DNA from: Octopus vulgaris
Taxonomy: Eukaryota
Assembly (NCBI GenBank): GCA_951406725.2
Contig: OX597831.1
Coordinates: 80,786,001-80,850,000, forward strand
Reading direction: 5' to 3'
Length of the DNA stretch: 64,000 nt
A program made the translations under genes and the position numbers. Below are positions 54,723 through 64,000 of this stretch, piece by piece (the first letter of the stretch is position 1; each line of letters starts with the position of its first letter). The notes under the pieces were generated by a model. That model searched no databases. It was not told the DNA's origin and saw only the letters and a program-made list of their open reading frames with translations.

Positions 54723-55182
54723 CGAACTAAGAACCTTGGAAATATATCAAATCTTGAAATTGGGTGGCGTTTTAAAGACGATTTCAGAAATGTCCTCTTC
54801 CTCGGTCAGTTTAATATTGCATCGGAACAAATAACGCCTTAAGGTTTTTGAATGGTCCCCTGAAGTGTATGATGGTGATTTTACACAACCTGTATGCGAT
54901 AATCTAAACTTCAATGGAATATAACCGAATGAAAGCCGACCAATTCTTTGTTAACCTTACTCGGTGTCTAAAAAGATTTTCCGTCAAAAGTAATGGAATA
55001 ATGATAGTAATTTTAGCACAGGTTAAAGATTTACAAAAATAGACTACATCTTTCTAAACCAGTTTATTACTGGTATATATGTTTAATTGATGCCCTTGGG
55101 ACGTTAACCGTTGACTATGTGGGTGCATGTGTGTGTGTGTGTGTAGTCACCATGCTGGGGCGCTGAACTTTCCTCTTATTCG

Positions 55183-55216
55183 TTTCTGTAGAAGAGCGTA
55201 GGCTCGAAACGTAAAA
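55183..55216 (+). ncRNA. variant minimal HHR-like motif (CUGUAGA core) in a PLE-like terminus ending at (TA)n
   Basis: TTT-CTGTAGA-A-GAGC-GTAG-GCTC-GAAA-CGT-A-AAA. Confidence 0.5.
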
Positions 55217-55309
55217 GACTTTTTTCAATTGCTGAGCGTTATACTAATACATCTGTTTGTTTTGTACACCACCTGTCTTCGTCTTTTGTTTTTTTTTTTC
55301 GTAAACTCT

Positions 55310-55386
<77 letters not shown>

Positions 55387-55815
55387 TACACACACACATA
55401 CACAAGTGTGTATGTGTGTGTGTATTTGAGCATGACTGTAAATGAGAAAAAGGACGAAGGAATGTTACTCTTACGTGAATGTTAGGTAATTTAATATCCA
55501 AGGTGTACTAAACTATATTTACATGTGCGTCTGTATGTCTGTCTGTCTGTATGCATGTAGGTGTGTGTGCGTGCACGCCATTGTCTGTCCCTGTACGTAT
55601 TTATGACACCTGGTTGTTATGTTGTGTTCATGTATACATTATGTGTGTTCAAGAGGATTTGTATAATATGCATCACATAATACCAACGGGTGTGGCAAAG
55701 AAGAAAACAAAAACTGTTTACAACTTCGAAACTCGCTAATTTCTTTCTAACCTTGCTCTTCTTCACCCCTTTTTTCTTCTTTTTCCAATTGGCCCTTTCT
55801 CTGTTTCTTTCACAG

Positions 55816-55912
<97 letters not shown>

Positions 55913-56196
55913 TTACCTATATCTGTTTGTATCTATCTACCTACCTACCTGTCAATCTATCTATCTATCTATCGTATCCTTGAATACAATTTAACAAAAC
56001 TAGTTATGTGAGTGAATACACACACACACACACACAAATATATGCGTATGTTTAAGTATGCGTATATATAAATAAATATCTATTAACATATTCAAGTGTA
56101 GAGACAAACAGCTAGACAGACTGAGAGGCAGATAGACAGAGATAGGGATAGACAGGAAGATAGCCAGATACACACTACAGAGATAGATAGACAGAT

Positions 56197-56260
<64 letters not shown>

Positions 56261-56272
56261 GGAGAGAGAGAA

Positions 56273-56359
<87 letters not shown>

Positions 56360-56363
56360 TAGA

Positions 56364-56467
<104 letters not shown>

Positions 56468-56880
56468 GACGGGGAGGGGTTCATAACAAGATATTTAAAC
56501 AGAAAGCTAGTCGGACACTTGTATAGTTTTCAAAAACGAAGTACATCTCACAAATAAATGGGTTTCCTTCTTTATTTCTGACGGATTCCGCATATTTGCA
56601 CAAGTTCAATGTTGTAGTCGTGACAAACGTTAACAAACTCTACATGTTCAAATGGGTCACGAGCACTTTGATTCGGGCCTTCTCCAATACATGAATGCAT
56701 AGGTGTGTGTGCGTGTGTGTGCGCGCACACTCATGCACAAGAACATATCTATGTAAGCACATGTGTAGATGTCTGTGTGTGTGTGTGTGTGTATACACCC
56801 ATAACACGTCAGCATGTGTGTGTCTGTACATACATATGTATGTCTGTGTGTGCATACACACACATATATGCTGGACATAC

Positions 56881-56959
<79 letters not shown>

Positions 56960-57082
56960 CATATACATATATATACATTGAGATGGTGGCGTAAGTTTAT
57001 ATGAACCTGTACCACCGAAACGCATCAACATCAGCAGGTTGAACAAAAGATATAGTTATGTGTTTGTATGTATGTATGTATG

Positions 57083-57146
<64 letters not shown>

Positions 57147-57526
57147 ATCGTGTTTTGTTTTTTAAGATTTGTTCTTTTTCGGTTTCCCACCTGATGGATT
57201 TGTTAACGTGTGTGTGTGTGTGGTGGGGAGTGTTGCAGAGGCAAATTAAAAGTTTTTTTGGAAAGCCGTTGTGGTTAGAAGGAAATGTATATATATTTCA
57301 TGAGATATTTACAAATTGAAAAATGTTGAATTGGTATAAAAATAAAAACCAAAAAAAAAAAACCCCACTTTGAAGCATACACGCGTTACATAAGCCGACG
57401 CTTATAGCAATATTTATACACACTCACTTTGGCTGTCGTTCACATATACATATATATATGCATTAACATGCAATGACATACCGCTGTTTCATATATATAC
57501 ATATATACGTACATACACACGCATAC

Positions 57527-57570
<44 letters not shown>

Positions 57571-58230
57571 TACACTTATATACAATTAACATATACTATA
57601 TACATACATGTACACACTATAAATATATATATATATATATATGTACACACACACACATTAGCACGATGTCCATAGCAATGTGTATAAACAGACCACTCTC
57701 AAAAGATAATTTTATAAAAAAATAACCACTTTAATTTCAAAACCAATCCAATCAAGACCACCACCACGACCACTCTCAGCATCATCATCATGAACATCAA
57801 CGCAATAACTACCAGTCCCCTCTTTCATAACATCCTTCTATCGATCGCTTCCCCATCGTAAGGTCTGTTTGTGTTTTTTACAATAAAAGTACATGGCAGG
57901 GGTCCCAGACATTTTGCAGTTCATTTTTTAACTTTTTTTTTCCTTTTTAAATCTTTCTTGAATTTCGCTTTAAATCTTGCCTTTTTAAATCCCTTTTTTT
58001 AAAAATCTTTATCCATCTTTATCTCCTTTCAAATTTCCCATTAAATTGACTTTCGGTTGTTCACTCGGATCTTTGTTGTTCCGAGGTTGTTGTTTTTTTG
58101 GGGTTTTGTTTTTTCATTTTTCCCCCCTTTTGCAACCAAAATACATCTTTTGAATGTATTTACAACAAAATAGTTAAGCAATTTCATTTGTTATAATGTT
58201 TCTTTTTCTTCAAAACAAACAAAAAAAAAA

Positions 58231-59097
58231 TTACCATTTTAGTTTACCCGGGATATATTTTTCAATCAATTTTTCGTAATATGGTCGGATTTCGTCAACA
58301 TCCGGAATGACGGGTGATTTGGTATACAAATCGAACGGGTTGAAATTTTGTACCCATCTCAACATTTCCTGGTCTTTGTTGTCACACAGGTAACCATAAT
58401 CATTACTGCTGTGCCACGGGTAGAAAGAATGGTATCTAATAACGCAGAGAGCTTCCTCGGGTAGGTAACAAGTGTTGTGTTTCAGTACTTGGTACATATA
58501 CTCATCGTGGCCCCAAGACATGAGTACCTTACTCAGACCACAGTGTTCATCGTAAATACCGAGTTTCGTGTTGTATTTTGGGTTGTTAAAGTCGGGGTTG
58601 TCGTTGAAAGTACTGTCGGCATAAACGACCGAAGGAGCTGGTCTACAGCCGACCGGGTAGGTGTCACCAACCACCGACCACTGCGGTGCACCCCACAGGG
58701 CCATAACTTTACCCAGGTCATGTATGAGTCCCGTCAACTGAAACCAGTCTTCGTCGGGGTACTCTTTGCGGATTCCTTCTGCCGTTTGAAACGCATGGAA
58801 AGAGTTACTGAGATCGATATCCGGGTCGGACTCATCCACCAAGTTGTTTAACATTTCCAGAGCTTCCATTATGGACATTTCAGCGTGATCGAATTTGGTC
58901 CACCGGCCGTGGGATTCTTTCACGAAGTCGACAGTTTGAAAGGTGTGCATTTGCTTGTAGGTGTTGTACACCTGGGAATCGGAGTCACATTTGTCGAAGT
59001 TCCTGAAGGAATTGTTTTCTTTGGCCGCGTCGTGGTTATAAACCAGTTTCTCCCTTAAAAACGGCGACAGGACATTGCTGTCTACTGCGGCGGTCAT
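58231..59097 (-). CDS. MIOX: myo-inositol oxygenase, 288 aa, single coding exon
   Basis: Motifs FRNF, DESDPD, HAFQTAE, GLIHDLGK, VVGDTYPVGC, SWGHDEY, RYHSFYPWH, FDLYTK. Di-iron ligands H101/H126/D127/H197/H223/D256 are each offset +3 from human H98/H123/D124/H194/H220/D253. Uninterrupted ORF, A at -3 of the ATG. Confidence 0.97.
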   Translation of the reverse strand: MTAAVDSNVLSPFLREKLVYNHDAAKENNSFRNFDKCDSDSQVYNTYKQMHTFQTVDFVKESHGRWTKFDHAEMSIMEALEMLNNLVDESDPDIDLSNSFHAFQTAEGIRKEYPDEDWFQLTGLIHDLGKVMALWGAPQWSVVGDTYPVGCRPAPSVVYADSTFNDNPDFNNPKYNTKLGIYDEHCGLSKVLMSWGHDEYMYQVLKHNTCYLPEEALCVIRYHSFYPWHSSNDYGYLCDNKDQEMLRWVQNFNPFDLYTKSPVIPDVDEIRPYYEKLIEKYIPGKLKW

Positions 59098-59119
59098 TCT
59101 GATCGATTTGCGATAGATT

Positions 59120-59193
59120 TTGTCGTTGTTGTTGTTACTCTTGCTATTGTTGTTGTTGTTACTCTTGCTATTGTTGTTGTTGTTACTCTTGCT

Positions 59194-59224
<31 letters not shown>

Positions 59225-59226
59225 CT
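59120..59226 (-). repeat. (CAA)n-rich tract with three TAGCAAGAG-containing minisatellite units in the putative MIOX 5' UTR
   Basis: Plus strand (TTG)n with recurring ttactcttgcta. Confidence 0.85.
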
Positions 59227-59328
59227 GTTTTCGTTGTTTCAATTCTTTCTTCAAGCTGAGAAGGAAAGTTTTTTCCTTCACATCAGAGTAAACTGTGTGA
59301 AATACGATTTGTTTATCGAGCAGTGAGC

Positions 59329-59336
59329 CTTTTATG
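59329..59336 (-). promoter_or_regulatory. TATA-like box CATAAAAG of the MIOX promoter
   Basis: Plus strand cttttatg = CATAAAAG on -, about 230 nt upstream of the ATG. This implies a start site near 59305. Confidence 0.5.
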
Positions 59337-59417
59337 TAAACTGTTGAAGGTGACGACAGACAGACAGAAAGATAGACAGATGAATGGATTAAAGGAAAGA
59401 AAGAAAGAAAGAAAGAG

Positions 59418-59467
<50 letters not shown>

Positions 59468-59536
59468 GAAGAAAGAAAGGTAATGAATAAGAAATTGGGT
59501 GAGAAGGAAAGAAGGAAAAAAGTAGGTGTGTATTCC

Positions 59537-59577
59537 TTTCTGATTGGACAGATGTTGTGACGGTGGTTTCTGATTGG
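59537..59577 (-). promoter_or_regulatory. two tandem CCAAT (NF-Y/Y-box) elements
   Basis: Identical 11-mer TTTCTGATTGG (CCAATCAGAAA on -) at 59537-59547 and 59567-59577, exactly 30 bp apart, upstream of the TATA-like box. Confidence 0.6.
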
Positions 59578-59713
59578 TCGAACACTGTGTAAACAATAAC
59601 AACCACGTTATTGAAAAATGCGTGCAGTTCCTTCAACAACGGAAAATAAAAACTAGGCCATGTTTACTACTTTCCATACTTTCGGCATCGTAACAACAAC
59701 AACAACAACAACA

Positions 59714-60090
59714 GTGGAGGCGCAATGGCCCAGTGGTTAGGGCAGCGGACTCGCGGTCGGAGGATCGCTGTTTCGATTCCCTGTTTCGATTCCCAGACCG
59801 GGCGTTGTGAGTGTTTATTGAGCGAAAACACCTAAAGCTCCACGAGGCTCCGACAGGGGGGTGGGTGGCGACCCCTGTTGTACTCTTTCGCCCCAACTTT
59901 CCCTCACTCTTTCTTCCTGTTTCTTGTCCCCCGACTTCCTACGCAACCGCTGAGCCTTGATGCGCATTCATCCATCCATCGATGCTCTCGGTGTCGGGGG
60001 TTGACCTGCTTCCTCTTCTGCGGGTTTTACGAATAGCAAAGGACCACGTTTCGGACTTCTCCCACCCTGGGACGAAGACCGCTTCGCTTC
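59714..60090 (+). repeat. tRNA-derived SINE, CpG-intact copy; other copies at 3472-3757 (+) and 17734-17911 (-)
   Basis: TGGCCCAGTGGTTAGG A box, GTTTCGATTCCC B box (locally duplicated, ~59768-59794), shared body gtttattgagcgaaaacacctaaagctcc. Confidence 0.85.
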
Positions 60091-60188
60091 AACAAACAAA
60101 CAAGCAGCAGCAGCAACAACAACCACCACCACCACCCTTATTGTTATTGTTGTTATTATTATTGTTATCGTTGTTATTATTATTATTA

Positions 60189-60236
<48 letters not shown>

Positions 60237-61216
60237 CAACCATCGCCACACGTCATCATCGTCATGTTTTTCCCCTCGTCTACTCAATTAAAAGCCATCA
60301 TCGTCATCCTCCTCCTCATCATCATCATCGTCATCATCATCATCGCCATCATCATCATCATCACCGTGATCGTCATCCTCATCATCGTCATCCTCATCAT
60401 CGCCATCATCCTCCTCCTCGTCGTCGTCGTCGTCGTAATCGCCATTGTTATCAGCTGTGAGGTTGGCTGATTGTTCTGCGTTCAAATCCGACCGGGGGTC
60501 AATCTCTGCGTTTCATTTTCTCTTTCTTTTCTTGTGGTAGTGATGGGTGGGTGGGTGGGTGGGGGTTGCAGAAATAAACAATAACAAAAAAAGTACCAGT
60601 CAAATACTAGTGCCTTTAAAATTGACTAACCCCTCACTCCCCACCCAAAGTTCTGGTCACGTGCCTATGTTTGAAAAACGTTTATTCATAAGTATTTCAT
60701 TCAGTGTTGTAAAGTCAATTTTCATCATCATCATCATCGTCACCACCACCACCACCACCACCATCACCATCATCATCATCATCAACACGGCGACAACGAC
60801 GACCACCACCACCACCTCCACCGCCATCATCATCATCATCATCATCATCGTCGTCGTCGTCACTATTATCATTAATAATTCTATTTTTTCTTTATTTTTA
60901 CTTGTTTCAGTCATTTGACTGCGGCCATGCTGGAGCAGCGCCTTTACTGGAACAAATCGACCCCAGGAGTTATTCTTTGTAAGCCTAGTACTTATTATAT
61001 CGGTCTCTTTTGCCGAACCGCTAAGTTACGGGGATGTAAACACACCAGTATCGGTTGTCAAGCGATGGACACACACACACACACACACACACACATTATA
61101 TGACGGGCTTCGACCGGTTTCCATCTACCAAATCCACTCACAAGGCTTTGGTCGGGCTGAGTCTATAGTAGAAGACACTTGCCCAAGGTGCCATGCAGTG
61201 GGACTGAACCCAAAAC

Positions 61217-61258
<42 letters not shown>

Positions 61259-61319
61259 CCAACAGCTTGACTAAGGTGCATGTGTTTAAATATATTTAGA
61301 GGAATCATGTTATAAACAT

Positions 61320-61357
<38 letters not shown>

Positions 61358-61479
61358 ATACACGCATACAGACACACTTTCTAGTATACACAAACATACA
61401 GGAACATACATACACACACACTCACTCACATATATACAGACACAAATTATCTCGTTCGCACATATACATTTACAGACAG

Positions 61480-61528
<49 letters not shown>

Positions 61529-62939
61529 TCTTTTACATGTTTCAGTCACTGAACTGAGGCCATGCTGGGGCACGGTCTTGAGGCGAACAAAATCGACTTC
61601 AGTACTATATTTACATCTGGAACTTAGATATTAACTTTTTGCCGAAGTCAACAAACCAGCACCGGTTATCAAGCCGTGGTAAGGGCAAACACCCCACAAC
61701 ACACACGCGATTGCCCTTCACACGCTTTTTGTCTTCTACGTTCACTCAAAAATTAATGATTATTGTAGAAAAAAAAATCACTTGTCCATGGTCGCGCGCA
61801 GTGGGGTTGAACCCACAACCACGGGGTTCCAAAGATAACTTTTTAAACATAGTCACGATGTGCATGACGGTAACATTATGACACGTGTCATATAATGTCA
61901 TAACCAAATATACATCCTTTTCTATTCTAGGCACAAGGCCTGAAATTTTAGGGGAGGGGGCCTGTCGATGAGATCGACTCCAGTACACAACTAGTACTTA
62001 ATTTATCGACCCCGAAAGGATAAAAGGCAAAGTCAACCTCGGCGGAATTCGAACTCAGAACGTAAAGACAGACGAAATACCTATTTCTTTACTACTCACT
62101 AGGGGCTACACACAGAGGAGACAAACAAGGACAGACAAACGGATTAAGTCGATTACATCGACCCCAGTGCGTAACTGGTACTTATTTAATCGACTCCGAA
62201 AGGATGAAAGGCAAAGTTAACCTCGGCGGAATTTGAACTCGGAATGTAACGGCAGACGAAATACGGCTACGCATTTCGCCCGGCGCGCTAACGTTTCTGC
62301 CAGCTCCTCGCCGCCTTCATAACCAAATATATATTAGACTGAGAGCCAGACCTGATTTGATTAGACTCGAAGCTCCAAAATACTGGCAAGGCACAATATG
62401 TGTACAAATGATCCTAATACCATGAAACGGGATTCTTAAGTATAATTAGGTATGGATTAATTAATTATGAGATAATCAACTTGCGTAAATAACTAATTTA
62501 ATTAGACTTTAAGCGCCAATAATGAATTACATTGACTGTTACTCCTTAGACACAAGTGATACTTAAATGAAAACTTAAGAAAAAAAAAACGGGTATGGAA
62601 AAAGAAATTAAGAAATTTTAATTAGACACGTAATTAGGAATTAATTAGACTTTCTGCTCCAGCGTCAATTACTTCACAGAAATGTTCACTAAACCCAACT
62701 GAATCTATTCATGTCACCTGCCCAAGGTGTCACGCAGTGGGACTGAACCCGGAACCATGTGGTTGGTAAGCAAGCTATTTATCACACAGCCACTCCTGCG
62801 CCACGAGGTCGACTTTGCCTTTCATCCTTTCGGGGTCGATAAATTAAGTACCAGTTCAGTGGGGTCGATGTAATCGACTCAATTCGTTTGTCTGTCCTTG
62901 TATGTCCCCTTTGTGTTTAGCCCCTTGTGGGCAGTAAAG

Positions 62940-62983
<44 letters not shown>

Positions 62984-63054
62984 TGTATGTGTGTACACAC
63001 ACACACACACACACAGAGGGTGAGCTAGAATTCATGACACACTTGTTAGTTATA

Positions 63055-64000
63055 ATTGGTTCATCCCATAAATAATGCGTTATTTTTTTTTCAATTGAAT
63101 GAACTAAAAGCATTTAGTAATTTTGCCTTGAACTTATTCTTAGTTTTGAAGAGTGCAGTTCGATTTTAACAGTTATTTTTTCAAAACTATAATGGAAGTA
63201 ACAAAGGAGTATACTCGGCATATTTTGCTTTATGAGTTCAATAAAGGCAGCAACGCAACGGAAAGTGCGGGAAATATTAATGCAGTATATGGAGATCGGA
63301 CTATAAGAGTAAGCCAGTGTCAATGGTGGTTTCAGAAATTCCGAGCCTGAGCCTCATCCTAGATCTGTAGATCTCGAAGAGGACAACTTGTAAACCCTGG
63401 TGGGACAAAATCCCATCATAACTGTTAAGGAACTAGCAGAGAAGCTTGCATTTGGTCATTCAACCATTCATCGACACCTGCGTGTCAGCAAATTGGGTCA
63501 ACAGATTTCTCACAAACTTCCCTAGTCTAATCGAGGGCAGAGAGTGAATCTGCGCTCTTCTTTGCTGTCATGTCTCACGAATAAACCTTTTTTTTTTAAA
63601 ACCAAATAGTGAGTGGTGACGAGAAATGGGTCTTCACCCATGTAAGGTATTGTTATCTGTTTCTTGGGATATGAAAGGTTTAGTCCACTTTGAACTTTTA
63701 AACCCAAACCAAACGATGACAAAGGGGATCTACTGCGAGCAGCGTGAGCGGCATAAGTCAGCGCTAGAAGAAAACGACCATCTTTGGTTTCAAGACGGAA
63801 AATATTCGTCCATCAGGATAATGCTCAGCTACATATAGTGAGGATGACATTTCAAAGGTTGGAGCAGTTTGAATGGGAAACGGTGGCCCACCCACCATAT
63901 TCACCGATATTTCATTATCATTTATTCCACAGTCTCCAAAATCATTTGGACGTAAAAAATATGAATTCTGTAGATGAGGTCAGAACAGCACAGGAAGAGT
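63055..64000 (+). mobile_element. decayed mariner (DD34D) transposon, runs off the window end
   Basis: MEVTKEYTRHILLYEFNKG..INAVYGD..WWFQKFR; IVSGDEKWV; LHPCKVLLSVSWDMKG; QDNA; HPPYSP. Multiple frameshifts. Confidence 0.9.

Noticed and set aside
58477-58851. Antisense ORFs overlapping MIOX
   Set aside because: Shadow frames of a real CDS with no recognisable motifs.
58231-59097. Horizontal transfer or bacterial contamination as the source of intronless MIOX
   Set aside because: Constant +3 colinearity with human MIOX residues, animal-type segments (GCRP..SVV..DSTF.DNPD), eukaryotic promoter motifs and host microsatellites on both flanks. A phylogeny would be the formal test.
59099-59110. 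Splice acceptor (CAG) just upstream of the MIOX ATG, implying a 5' UTR intron
   Set aside because: The upstream sequence is CAA-rich with no polypyrimidine tract, and promoter motifs lie close by. Not excluded without transcript data.

Overview
AT-rich, extremely microsatellite- and SINE-dense animal genomic DNA. The repeat families look like those of Octopus (inference, not a database result). Two host genes lie tail-to-tail about 42 kb apart. (1) The last three coding exons of a vertebrate-like N-acetylglutamate synthase (NAGS) on + (2315-2409, 4045-4098, 15789-15867), which the ORF track misses. (2) A complete, intronless myo-inositol oxygenase (MIOX) on - (58231-59097) with a recognisable CCAAT/CCAAT/TATA-like promoter and an AUG-UGA start-stop element in its putative leader. 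The rest is SINEs (at least 5 families), LINE fragments (RTE-like, CR1, R4/Dong-like), decayed Tc1/mariner elements, MITEs and Penelope-like element (PLE) debris. The most notable hidden signal is a set of about 8 minimal hammerhead-ribozyme (HHR) motifs in PLE-derived termini. These include a tRNA-headed (Pol III A/B box) SINE-like element that carries a hammerhead in its tail, and non-canonical core variants. Nearly all other ORFs in the track are microsatellite artefacts. All coordinates and pairings were read by eye.
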